NCBI GenBank assembly: GCA_035491955.1
Contig: DATJJU010000012.1
Location: forward strand, 1-59,075
Direction of reading: 5' to 3'
Length of the DNA stretch: 59,075 bases
From: Minisyncoccota bacterium
Lineage (GTDB): Bacteria > Patescibacteriota > Minisyncoccia > Phycocordibacterales > UBA9973
Below the pieces are notes generated by a model that ran no database searches, was not told where the DNA came from, and saw nothing but the letters and a program-made list of their open reading frames with translations. Numbering within the stretch: the first letter of the stretch is position 1; each line of letters starts with the position of its first letter. Made by a program: the position numbers and the translations under genes. Of this stretch, positions 44,816 to 53,440 are shown one piece after another.

Positions 44816-46201
44816 ATGAATACCACTCAATCTCGAGGCCCACGTCCGGCTCGTTCTCGTCGTGACGCCTCACCATCATTATCACATTTTTCATTGCGCC
44901 CACCAGAGCGTAGCGGCTTCGGCGCACCATCTCGCTTTCGTTCTAACGAAGCAGGCGCGCCTCGTTCTCGTTCTGGTGAAGCACCAGCTTCACGTTCTCG
45001 CTTTGCTGGAGGTAGTAAGGGCGGCTTTAGTAGCAGCTCTCGCTCTCGTTTCGGTGAAGGGAACCGCGGCCGTTTTTCTGGCAAGAAGAATAATCGCAAA
45101 TCAGACTATATTGATGAATCAAAGTTCATCAATCGCGCTGTAGAAGTAGAAGAAGTACAGCATGTTGCGAAGCATACATTTGCTGACTTCAATGTTCATC
45201 CTCAGCTTGCAACCAATTTGGAACGCAAAGGCTTCGTTCAGCCGTCTCCTATTCAAGACCAATCTATTCCTGTCGCACTTGAAGGCAAAGATGTTATTGG
45301 TATTGCCAATACTGGTACAGGCAAGACAGCAGCCTTTCTTATTCCTATCATCAATAAGCTTGTCAGTGATCCTGATCACAAAGCTATGGTCCTTACTCCT
45401 ACTCGTGAATTGGCGCAGCAAATCGAACAAGAGTTTCGCGCTATGACATTCGGTATGCGCATGTGGAGCGTTGCTGCTGTTGGTGGTCTGCCAATCATGC
45501 GACAAATTCGCCAGCTTGAGCTCGGTGTACATATTGTCATCGGTACTCCTGGTCGCGTAAAAGATTTGATCGCGCGCGGAAAAATTAATTTGAATAACTA
45601 TAGAACGATCGTGCTTGATGAAGCAGACCGCATGTTGGACATGGGCTTTATCGATGATATGCGTGAAATTCTTGGCGGCATGCCAAAAGATCGACAAGGT
45701 CTTTTCTTCTCTGCGACATTTTCTTCTGAAATCAAAGCATTGTGCAGCGACTTCTTGAAAGATCCTGTAACAGTTGCTATCAAGACTCGCGATACTGCAG
45801 CCAGTGTGGATCAGGATATCGTGCGTGCACATCCTTCAGAAAAGTTGGACAAGCTTCATGATTTGCTTAACAAGCCTGAATTCAAAAAAGTCTTGATCTT
45901 CCGAGAAACAAAGCATCATACTGATGAGCTTGCTCGTGAATTGAAGCATCGTGGTTTCTCAGTATCAGCGCTTCATGGAGACATGCGCAGCCGTGAGCGT
46001 TCACGCGCCGTGGATGCATTGACCAAGGGCCAGATCCAAGCAGTGATCGCCACTGATGTTGCAGCTCGCGGTATCGATATTCCTGATATTACTCATGTTA
46101 TCAACTACGATGTGCCATCAACCTACGACACGTACGTTCACCGTATCGGCCGTACTGGTCGCGGCAACAAGAAAGGCACGGCCCTGACTTTCGTCCGATA
46201 A
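44816..46201 (+). CDS. DEAD-box ATP-dependent RNA helicase with an Arg/Ser/Gly-rich N-terminal extension
   Basis: Q motif, Walker A ANTGTGKT, DEAD (VLDEADRM), SAT, HRIGRTGR. The first ~95 aa are low-complexity RS/RG repeats. Confidence 0.9.
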   Translation: MNTTQSRGPRPARSRRDASPSLSHFSLRPPERSGFGAPSRFRSNEAGAPRSRSGEAPASRSRFAGGSKGGFSSSSRSRFGEGNRGRFSGKKNNRKSDYIDESKFINRAVEVEEVQHVAKHTFADFNVHPQLATNLERKGFVQPSPIQDQSIPVALEGKDVIGIANTGTGKTAAFLIPIINKLVSDPDHKAMVLTPTRELAQQIEQEFRAMTFGMRMWSVAAVGGLPIMRQIRQLELGVHIVIGTPGRVKDLIARGKINLNNYRTIVLDEADRMLDMGFIDDMREILGGMPKDRQGLFFSATFSSEIKALCSDFLKDPVTVAIKTRDTAASVDQDIVRAHPSEKLDKLHDLLNKPEFKKVLIFRETKHHTDELARELKHRGFSVSALHGDMRSRERSRAVDALTKGQIQAVIATDVAARGIDIPDITHVINYDVPSTYDTYVHRIGRTGRGNKKGTALTFVR

Positions 46202-46209
46202 TTAAAAAA

Positions 46210-46254
46210 CAAAGGTCCAACCTATGTGAATACATAGGTTGGACCTTTGTTTTT
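46210..46254 (+). terminator. Rho-independent terminator
   Basis: 18-bp perfect stem 46210-46227/46232-46249, GAAT loop, T5. Confidence 0.8.
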
Positions 46255-46420
46255 GTTGAAATAATCTATCTTTATGCTATCTTTTAAGTACTTTCCAGAG
46301 AAAACAAGGGTGTTGGCTTGGAAGCAGCCATTCGCTTAAAGAGTGCGTAACTGTTCACTTGTCGAGGGAAGTACCGATATTTGCTACCGTGTCTATCACG
46401 AACGAATATCGGTTATTTGT

Positions 46421-46496
46421 GCCAATGTAGCTCAGTTGGTAGAGCACTCCCATGGTAAGGGAGAGGTCATCGGTTCAATCCCGATCATTGGCTCCA
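46421..46496 (+). tRNA. tRNA-Thr (GGT), CCA encoded
   Basis: Acceptor GCCAATG/CATTGGC, anticodon arm CTCCC-ATGGTAA-GGGAG, T loop TTCAATC, TCCA end. Confidence 0.85.
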
Positions 46497-46551
46497 GATA
46501 GAGGATCAAGGACTTTATTTTTTTGAAAATTCATGTATAATCAGTGCTCTT

Positions 46552-48354
46552 ATGGAAATTCGTAACATCGCTATCATCGCACACGTGGACCACGGCAAGA
46601 CAACATTAACAGACAAAATGTTGGCTTTTTGCGGTGAAATGCAGGAAGGAGCATCAATGGACTCAAACCAGCTTGAACGCGAGCGCGGTATTACTATCTA
46701 TGCCAAGAACACAGCAGTTACGTATAAAGGTACAAAAATCAATATTGTTGATACCCCAGGTCACGCCGACTTCGGTTCAGAGGTAGAGCGCGTGCTCCGC
46801 AGTATCGACTCGGTGCTTTTGATCGTTGATGCACAAGAAGGCCCAATGCCTCAGACTCGCTTTGTATTGAAGAAATCTTTGGAGCTTGGTCTCAAGCCTA
46901 TTGTTGTGATTAACAAGATCGATAAGCCAGGTGCAAATATTGCCCACACTCACGATGCTGTATTTGAACTCTTCTTGGAGCTTGGTGCAACTGATGAACA
47001 GCTCGACTTCACTACTGTCTACGCAATCGGTCGCGATGGTGTAGCAATGCGCGAACCAAATGATGAAAAGAAAGACCTTGCTCCACTTTTTGAAACTATT
47101 TTGGAAAAAGTACCAGTAGCTGCCAACGATACATCAAAGCCGTTCCGTATGCAGGCATTTAACCTTGCTTACGATAACTTCCTCGGACGTCTGGCTGTTG
47201 GCCGTGTCTATGAAGGTATTGCGAAAATGGGCGACACTGTATTCATTAAGACTGAAAATGGTGCAAAGCGCCAAGCTAAGATCACAAAACTTTTCAGTTT
47301 CCACGGCTTCACTCGTGAAGAAGTACAGGATGCACAAGCAGGGGACATTGTCATGCTTGCTGGTATTCCTGACATCTTCATTGGCGAAACTATCACTGCC
47401 AATGCTGATGCAGAACTTCTACCAGCTATTCGTATCGACGAACCAACTATTGTTTTGGACTTCTTGGTTAATAACTCTCCATTTGCTGGTAAGGAAGGAA
47501 AGTTTGTGACCTCTCGCCAGATCCGCGAGCGTCTTGAGCGTGAATTGGAAATCAACGTTGGCTTGAAGGTAGACTTCAGTCCTGATCCTAATCGTATTGC
47601 CGAAGGCTTCAAAGTATTCGGTCGCGGCGAAATGCACATTGCTGTGTTGCTTGAAACAATGCGACGTGAAGGATATGAAATGCAGGTTTCTCAGCCACAG
47701 GTAATCATCAAAGAAATTGATGGCGTGAAGAGCGAGCCGTTTGAAGAGGTGACAATTGATATTCCTTCAGAATTTCAGGGTGCTGTTATTGAGAAGCTCG
47801 GCATGCGCGGCTTCATCATGAAAGATATGAAAATGCATAGTGCAAGTACTCGCATGATCTTCGAAGGCCCAACTCGCGGACTCTTTGGCTATCGCGGGCA
47901 ATTCCTTGTTGATACAAAAGGCGAGGGCATTATGGCTTCTCAAGTGCTAGGCTTCCGTCCATATGCTGGTGAAATCACTCGTCGTCATGTTGGCTCTATG
48001 ATCTCAATGGAAACAGGCAAGGCATTGGGCTATTCTCTCTGGGGCTTGCAGGAGCGCGGCGTGCTCTATATTAGTCCTGCTACAGAAGTTTACGAAGGCA
48101 TGATCATTGGTAATACTTCAAAAGGTGAAGAAATGACAGTGAACCCAACCAAGAACAAGCAGCTGACAAATGTTCGCGCATCAGGAACTGACGAAGCGAT
48201 CAATCTCGTACCACCATGGACACTGACTATCGAACGCGGTTTGGAAATTATCCAAGATGATGAATTTCTAGAAGTGACCCCTCTCTCTGTTCGTTTGCGC
48301 AAGCAATACCTCAGTGATACCGATCGCTCAAAAGCTCGAAGAAAGGTACAATAA
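46552..48354 (+). CDS. typA: Translational GTPase TypA/BipA
   Basis: G1 AHVDHGKTT, G3 DTPGHADF, G4 NKID. The 600-aa length and C-terminal domain match BipA. Confidence 0.95.
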   Translation: MEIRNIAIIAHVDHGKTTLTDKMLAFCGEMQEGASMDSNQLERERGITIYAKNTAVTYKGTKINIVDTPGHADFGSEVERVLRSIDSVLLIVDAQEGPMPQTRFVLKKSLELGLKPIVVINKIDKPGANIAHTHDAVFELFLELGATDEQLDFTTVYAIGRDGVAMREPNDEKKDLAPLFETILEKVPVAANDTSKPFRMQAFNLAYDNFLGRLAVGRVYEGIAKMGDTVFIKTENGAKRQAKITKLFSFHGFTREEVQDAQAGDIVMLAGIPDIFIGETITANADAELLPAIRIDEPTIVLDFLVNNSPFAGKEGKFVTSRQIRERLERELEINVGLKVDFSPDPNRIAEGFKVFGRGEMHIAVLLETMRREGYEMQVSQPQVIIKEIDGVKSEPFEEVTIDIPSEFQGAVIEKLGMRGFIMKDMKMHSASTRMIFEGPTRGLFGYRGQFLVDTKGEGIMASQVLGFRPYAGEITRRHVGSMISMETGKALGYSLWGLQERGVLYISPATEVYEGMIIGNTSKGEEMTVNPTKNKQLTNVRASGTDEAINLVPPWTLTIERGLEIIQDDEFLEVTPLSVRLRKQYLSDTDRSKARRKVQ

Positions 48355-48358
48355 TACT

Positions 48359-49066
48359 ATGAACGAGAAGCGTTTAAAGGAATTCTGGAATAAGGAGTAT
48401 AAGGATCCGGAATTTTTTTCATTGTCGGATGAGGCAAGCGGAGACTTACAAAAATTCACGCGCTGGCTGCAAAAAGAATATGGCAAGGATGTATTACGGT
48501 CTGATATTACCGTGCTTGATGCTGGGTGCGGTAATGGCCGTAACTTACTCTGGTTGAATGATCAGTTTCGCGTGCGAGGCTTCGGCTATGATATTTCTGA
48601 AGTAGCAATTAGACAGGCAACGGAAAATGCTGCATTGCAAAAATGGGGAAATAAACTAACGTTCGCAGTACATTCTATCGGCCAAGATATCCCATTGCCT
48701 GATGAAAGCGTGGATATTGTTCTCGACATGATGGCAAGTCACTTTCTGAAAGAAAAAGAACGCGCACAATTTATCAAAGAAGTGGCGCGCGTTCTGAAGC
48801 CGCAAGGAGTACTTTTCTTTAAGTCCTTCTATATGGAAGGCGATCAGCATGCGAAAGATTTAGTGAAGAATGAAAGTGCCGGCGAAGAGAATGCGTATAT
48901 CCATCCGCGATTGAAAGTGTATGAATACGTTTGGACCGACCAAGCTATAGAAAAAAGCTTTGGTGCAAATTTCACGCTGCAGCACAAAGAAGCATCGCAT
49001 AAACACAACATTCGCGGCAAGCCGAACAAGCGTCGCAGTGTTGTATGTTATTTTGAGAAGAAGTAG
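48359..49066 (+). CDS. Class I SAM-dependent methyltransferase
   Basis: Motif I VLDAGCGNGRN and motif II-like VDIVLD. ATG 48359 lies 4 nt after the typA stop (ORF opens at 48314). Confidence 0.8.
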   Translation: MNEKRLKEFWNKEYKDPEFFSLSDEASGDLQKFTRWLQKEYGKDVLRSDITVLDAGCGNGRNLLWLNDQFRVRGFGYDISEVAIRQATENAALQKWGNKLTFAVHSIGQDIPLPDESVDIVLDMMASHFLKEKERAQFIKEVARVLKPQGVLFFKSFYMEGDQHAKDLVKNESAGEENAYIHPRLKVYEYVWTDQAIEKSFGANFTLQHKEASHKHNIRGKPNKRRSVVCYFEKK

Positions 49067-49100
49067 AGTACAGCACAAAGGGCCATATATACCACAGGCA

Positions 49101-49343
49101 CCCATGCTGCGTGTATGTTTCCAAAAGTCCTTGGTAAACCGCGGATTTTGAAAACATACAGCTCCGCCCAGCTTTGAGTGGTAATGTAAACCTTTTGTGG
49201 TATTGGGGTTGGACGTTTCTTTCGCACAGAACACACAACCCCAATACCACCCACAGATACGCTTCCACCTATAGCTGGGCGGAACCAAACAAAATAAAAT
49301 CAGAGGTTCACCGATGACTTTTATTTTGTTTGTGGAGCATGGG
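49101..49343 (+). ncRNA. Unassigned, highly structured RNA-like element (strand provisional)
   Basis: Closing helix 49101-49108/49336-49343. Hairpin 49113-49126/49146-49159 (13 of 14 bp). Long-range helix 49164-49173/49273-49282 enclosing a perfect 15-bp hairpin 49197-49211/49236-49250. A/U-rich 14-bp hairpin 49286-49299/49319-49332. No plausible CDS. Confidence 0.5.
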
Positions 49344-49380
49344 GGCTATAGGTACAATAAGTGTTCTAATGAGACTCTTC

Positions 49381-49456
49381 GCCAGTGTAGCTTAGCAGGT
49401 AGAGCAATGGTATCGTAAACCATAGGTCGCCGGTTCGATTCCGGCCACTGGCTCCA
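49381..49456 (+). tRNA. tRNA-Thr (CGT), CCA encoded
   Basis: Acceptor GCCAGTG/CACTGGC, anticodon arm ATGGT-ATCGTAA-ACCAT, T loop TTCGATT, TCCA end at 49453-49456. Confidence 0.85.
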
Positions 49457-49457
49457 T

Positions 49458-50339
49458 ATGAATAAAGAAACAATGCAACACCGCATCACGGAAATTGAAG
49501 CTGCTATGAATAGCGGGGATTTTTGGAATGACAAAAACAAAGCACAGGCCATGATCAAAGAATTGCAGGAATTGAAAGATGCCGTTCAAGGATTGGGGAA
49601 ATACGACAAAGGCAATGCAATCATTACCATATTTGCTGGGGCTGGCGGAGATGATGCAGAAGATTTTGTCGGTATGATTTTAAATATGTATATGCGCTAT
49701 GCAGAAAAGCGTGGCTGGCTGATTGGGTTTTTGGAGCAGCATGCCAACGATCACGGAGGATATAGAAATGTAGCATTCAGTGTCGAAGGCAAGGGTGCGT
49801 ATGCGACTTTGAAAAATGAATCAGGTGTTCATCGTCTGGTGCGCATCTCTCCGTTTAATGCTAATGGCAAGCGCCAGACCTCTTTTGTCATGGTAGAAGT
49901 CATACCGGAATTTTCAAAAGGCGATAGTGATATTGTCATACCGGAAAGTGATATTGATATTTCATTTGCCAAAGCCGGCGGTCCAGGCGGGCAGAATGTG
50001 AATAAGAGAGAGACTGCTGTGCGTATTGTGCATAAGCCAACCGGCATGAGCGTGCATGTCGCAAGTGAGCGCAGTCAGGAACAGAATCGCGAAAAGGCAC
50101 TTGATCTATTAAAAGGAAAATTGTTCAAGCGCCAGGAAGAAGAACGCAAAGCACTGGAGAGTGGTGTGCAAATCTCGAAGACCACAGAGAACGAATGGGG
50201 TAGTCAGATCAGATCGTATGTCTTGCATCCGTATAAGCAAGTGAAGGATCATCGCACAGGAGTAGAGGTAAGTAATGCTGCAGGAGTGCTTGAAGCCGGG
50301 AATATTGAAGATTTTCTCGAAGCTGAAAAAACCTTATAA
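49458..50339 (+). CDS. prfB: Peptide chain release factor 2, short form (reduced domain 1, no programmed frameshift)
   Basis: SPF tripeptide (49848-49856), GGQ (49986-49994), RF2-like DFWND..KAQ. Only 293 aa. A single uninterrupted ORF starts 1 nt after the tRNA CCA. Confidence 0.85.
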   Translation: MNKETMQHRITEIEAAMNSGDFWNDKNKAQAMIKELQELKDAVQGLGKYDKGNAIITIFAGAGGDDAEDFVGMILNMYMRYAEKRGWLIGFLEQHANDHGGYRNVAFSVEGKGAYATLKNESGVHRLVRISPFNANGKRQTSFVMVEVIPEFSKGDSDIVIPESDIDISFAKAGGPGGQNVNKRETAVRIVHKPTGMSVHVASERSQEQNREKALDLLKGKLFKRQEEERKALESGVQISKTTENEWGSQIRSYVLHPYKQVKDHRTGVEVSNAAGVLEAGNIEDFLEAEKTL

Positions 50340-50375
50340 CGAAAGGTAAAGCTGAATATGCTATACTAAAAACTC

Positions 50376-51056
50376 ATGATAAAGTTTGTAAATGTATCAA
50401 AAGTATATCCAAACGGTGCAGTTGCGTTGGAAAACGTAAATCTCGATATTGAAAAAGGAGAATTTGTGACGATCGTCGGCCCATCAGGCGCAGGCAAGAC
50501 CACTCTTAATAAGCTGATATTGGCTGAAGAAGAACCAACAGAGGGAACAGTTCTTTTTGAGAATGAAGATATAGACGCTTTTAATAATGCAGAGACTACT
50601 CGCTTGCGCCGACGTATTGGTACGATCTTCCAAGAGTTCCGTCTTTTACCAAATAAGACTGCCTATGAAAATATTGCATTTGCTATGGAAGCAGCAGGCA
50701 AGAGCGATGAGGAAATAGTATCTGATGTGCCGCATGTTCTTCAGCTCGTAGATTTGCAAGATCGCATGTTCCACTTCCCAGGACAGCTGTCTGGCGGAGA
50801 AAAGCAGCGCTTGGCTATTGCTCGCGCCATTATCAATCAGCCGGAGGTGTTGTTGGCCGATGAGCCAACGGGCAACCTTGACTCTCGCAACACTGATGAG
50901 GTGATAGAAATTTTAAAAAAGATCAATGATCTCGGTACTACAGTCGTACTGACTACGCATGACCCTCAACTGATCAAAGCAGTAGGGCAGCGCATTATCA
51001 GCATGGAGCGCGGACGCATTGTCGGTGATGAAGAGAAGGCGCGTACCAGAATTTAA
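50376..51056 (+). CDS. ftsE: Cell-division ABC ATPase FtsE
   Basis: Walker A GPSGAGKTT, signature LSGGEKQR, Walker B LLADEPTGNLD. Directly upstream of ftsX. Confidence 0.9.
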   Translation: MIKFVNVSKVYPNGAVALENVNLDIEKGEFVTIVGPSGAGKTTLNKLILAEEEPTEGTVLFENEDIDAFNNAETTRLRRRIGTIFQEFRLLPNKTAYENIAFAMEAAGKSDEEIVSDVPHVLQLVDLQDRMFHFPGQLSGGEKQRLAIARAIINQPEVLLADEPTGNLDSRNTDEVIEILKKINDLGTTVVLTTHDPQLIKAVGQRIISMERGRIVGDEEKARTRI

Positions 51057-51073
51057 TACTGTATACTAATCAT

Positions 51074-51997
51074 ATGTTTTGGATCAGACTAAAAAGAGTA
51101 ATCAAATCAGGCTGGATAAACTTCCGCAGAAATAGTGTTGTATCATACGCGGCTATTTTAGTAACCACTATTACGCTCACTGTTGTGACAGGTATCTTCC
51201 TTTTCCAGGCTATCTTAAATGCCACTATTGCTAATGTGCAGAGCAAGGTGGATATTGCAGTCTACTTCACCGCTGATGCTCCGGAGGATCAAATCCTCAG
51301 TCTTTCTTCCGATCTAGAAAAACTACCGGAAGTGGCAAATGTGCAGTACATTTCTGCTGATCAGCAGGTATTGGCATTCCGCGATCGCCACTCAAATGAC
51401 TATCTGACGCTGCAAGCGCTTGATGAATTGGGTGACAATCCATTCGGGGGTCTTTTGCAGGTTACCGCAAAGGATTCAAGTCAGTATGATGCTATTGCTC
51501 AGGTCTTGCAGGGCGATACCGATATTGCTCGTTCCAATTCTCAAATCATTGAGCGTATCAACTACTCTCAAAACAAAACTATCATCGACAAACTCAATAG
51601 CCTCATCTTCAGTGCTCGTCGCGTAGGATTGATCTCAACACTTATCCTGGCAATTGTTTCTATTATCATTATGCACACCACTATTCGTTTGAGCATTTAT
51701 ATGGCTCGTGAAGAAATTGGCATTATGCGCTTGGTTGGTGCGAGTGGTTCATATGTTCGTGCGCCATTCCTCGTGCAAGGCATGCTCTACGGTGCCTTTG
51801 CCTGGCTCTTAACGAATCTCTTATTCTTCCCGCTGACATACTTTGCCGGACAAAGGCTGACTGATCTTCTTGGTATTAATCTGTACTCTTACTACATCAG
51901 TCATCTTTTCTCAGTTTCTGGTCTAGTCCTTATCATTGGCCTCTTGCTCGGCATGATCTCAAGCCTTCTCGCTGTTCGACGATATCTGAATGTGTAG
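51074..51997 (+). CDS. ftsX: Cell-division permease-like protein FtsX
   Basis: N-terminal TM helix, periplasmic domain, and three C-terminal TM helices with the MRLVGAS motif. Confidence 0.85.
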   Translation: MFWIRLKRVIKSGWINFRRNSVVSYAAILVTTITLTVVTGIFLFQAILNATIANVQSKVDIAVYFTADAPEDQILSLSSDLEKLPEVANVQYISADQQVLAFRDRHSNDYLTLQALDELGDNPFGGLLQVTAKDSSQYDAIAQVLQGDTDIARSNSQIIERINYSQNKTIIDKLNSLIFSARRVGLISTLILAIVSIIIMHTTIRLSIYMAREEIGIMRLVGASGSYVRAPFLVQGMLYGAFAWLLTNLLFFPLTYFAGQRLTDLLGINLYSYYISHLFSVSGLVLIIGLLLGMISSLLAVRRYLNV

Positions 51998-52030
51998 CAT
52001 AATTCCAGAGGTCCAGCCTCGGGGAACAGA

Positions 52031-52080
52031 GGCATAACAAAAAGCGCGAACCGTTTACGGTTCGCGCTTTTTGTTATGCC
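52031..52080. terminator. Long bidirectional terminator
   Basis: 23-bp stem 52031-52053/52058-52080, TTTA loop. The 3' arm overlaps the stop of the convergent DUF2795 gene. Confidence 0.75.
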
Positions 52081-52286
52081 TCACTCTCATTTCCTTCTTC
52101 GCTGCTGCCTGATAGAGCACTCTGTACTTCTGCTGGAGTGGTATAGGTATTGTCCGGCAAACCATCTAGCGCATCGGTCACATCACTTGGTGCACTATTT
52201 TCATTTGCCTTACTAATCAGGTCTTGCTTGGTTGCGGGATAACTCATTCCGCTTAAATATGCTTGAACATCAATTGGGTTTGCCAT
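52074..52286 (-). CDS. DUF2795-family small protein
   Basis: NPIDVQAYLSGMSYPATKQDLI..A..N.AP..V...L..LPD..Y..PAEV is the DUF2795 pattern. Confidence 0.75.
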   Translation of the reverse strand: MANPIDVQAYLSGMSYPATKQDLISKANENSAPSDVTDALDGLPDNTYTTPAEVQSALSGSSEEGNESEA

Positions 52287-52416
52287 ATTTTTTCTATCTC
52301 ATTAATTACTAAAAACTCGACCCATATATTTAATAACGCTGGCGGCACCACTTTTATTTCATGTTGATTTTTTGACGAAAAAACGCTATTCTACATCGGC
52401 GTATTACTACGCTTTT

Positions 52417-52487
52417 TGCGGAATCGTCTAATGGTAGGACAACGGTTTCTGGTACCGTTTATCTTGGTTCGAGTCCAGGTTCCGCAG
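52417..52487 (+). tRNA. tRNA-Gln (CTG)
   Basis: U1-A72 acceptor TGCGGAA/TTCCGCA, anticodon arm ACGGT-TTCTGGT-ACCGT, T arm CTTGG-TTCGAGT-CCAGG, discriminator G. Confidence 0.8.
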
Positions 52488-52551
52488 CAACTAGTTTTCT
52501 CTATAAAAACTCATCGTATCGATAGAGTCATTTCGTGTTAAAGTTAAAACA

Positions 52552-52986
52552 ATGAAAATAATCAAACAGGAGCAATCGCAAGAACAGTTAGCAGAATGGG
52601 TAGATATATTTTTACGTGGAGAGGGTAAAAATATTCGGTTGGCGGATAGTCTCAAGGAACAAAAGCGTTGGTGGGCTCGAGTAGCTAATTTCCCAATAAA
52701 TAAGCTTGTTAGATGCTGTGGTCCTGAAGATGGGATGGAATATAAGGAGCCTCTAGAGAGATGGAATGCAAGAGTAGATTCTTTAATGGAGCATATAAGG
52801 TCTGAGGGATACATTGCTCCTTTGATTGCATATTATGGGGCGCATTACGGAAATGAAATGTTTTCAGTAAGAGATGGCAATCATCGCCTGGCTGCATGTG
52901 AAAAACTTGGTAACAAAACCCTGGATACTTTGATATGGTGCGACTCGGAAGAGGATTTTGAAAAAGTTAAGGGATTAATTTCTTAG
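52552..52986 (+). CDS. ParB/sulfiredoxin-like nuclease-domain protein
   Basis: 144 aa with the VRDGNHRLAA motif (ParB N-terminal domain DGxHR). Lies in an AT-rich stretch 3' of tRNA-Gln. Confidence 0.55.
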   Translation: MKIIKQEQSQEQLAEWVDIFLRGEGKNIRLADSLKEQKRWWARVANFPINKLVRCCGPEDGMEYKEPLERWNARVDSLMEHIRSEGYIAPLIAYYGAHYGNEMFSVRDGNHRLAACEKLGNKTLDTLIWCDSEEDFEKVKGLIS

Positions 52987-53140
52987 TAAATAAGGTTCCA
53001 ACTTCGTCCCATGCGGTCAGCCCTTCGTCGTACCTCCTCAGGGTCTGCGATCTCCCTTAAACTGTAGAACAATAAAGAGAAATTGTGGAATTAAAAAATC
53101 CCTGTAAATGTAATATTGTCACATCTGCAGGGACCACGCT

Positions 53141-53440
53141 TCATTTTTGAGGTAATAAGCGTTCTAAGATTTTTTTACCGTCTTCTGAAGAGGCTATCTC
53201 ATTTTGTTTAACAAAAACAGGGAAGGAGTTGGGCCAACGACCCCCAAGAGCGACCCCATGAATATCATAGGCGATAACTCCTTTTCGTTTTGTGTTCCAA
53301 CCTATAGCGTCATAACCCGATCGGCCTGTTTCGCTAAAAATGTAATCTACTTCATCACTTGTATTTGTTATAAATACTTCATCGTCCTCTCTCTCAGGAT
53401 GATTGTCTCTATTAAAATCAAGTTTTTTCATGTTAAGCAA
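53141..53440 (-). CDS. Hypothetical protein
   Basis: 99-aa ORF followed on its strand by a hairpin plus T-run (~53096-53135). One of only two CDS here ending in TGA. Confidence 0.4.
   Translation of the reverse strand: MLNMKKLDFNRDNHPEREDDEVFITNTSDEVDYIFSETGRSGYDAIGWNTKRKGVIAYDIHGVALGGRWPNSFPVFVKQNEIASSEDGKKILERLLPQK

Noticed and set aside
46291-46371. SRP (4.5S) RNA, suggested by the GGAAGCAGCC motif
   Set aside because: I could not form the tetraloop-closing stem or the 5' side of the symmetric loop, and the motif is off-centre in the hairpin. I kept it only as a low-interest finding pending a covariance-model scan.
48860-49288. Three overlapping minus-strand ORFs (142, 98 and 68 aa) in all three reverse frames
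   Set aside because: They mutually overlap, run into the methyltransferase gene, and are Cys/Trp-rich nonsense. The open frames are better explained by sequence constraint in the structured RNA-like element.
49101-49343. RNase P RNA or a T-box leader as the identity of the structured element
   Set aside because: AAAGTCC and ACAGAAC occur but in the wrong order and context for the P4/CR regions, and CR-II/III motifs are absent. TTGGTAAACCGCGG resembles a T-box core but sits in the first hairpin loop, with no Stem I/specifier architecture and no aminoacyl-tRNA synthetase gene downstream.
49381-49530. Programmed +1 frameshift site in prfB
   Set aside because: The ORF is uninterrupted from ATG 49458. 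The region upstream is occupied by a tRNA, and no CTT-TGA-type site or upstream ORF fragment is present.
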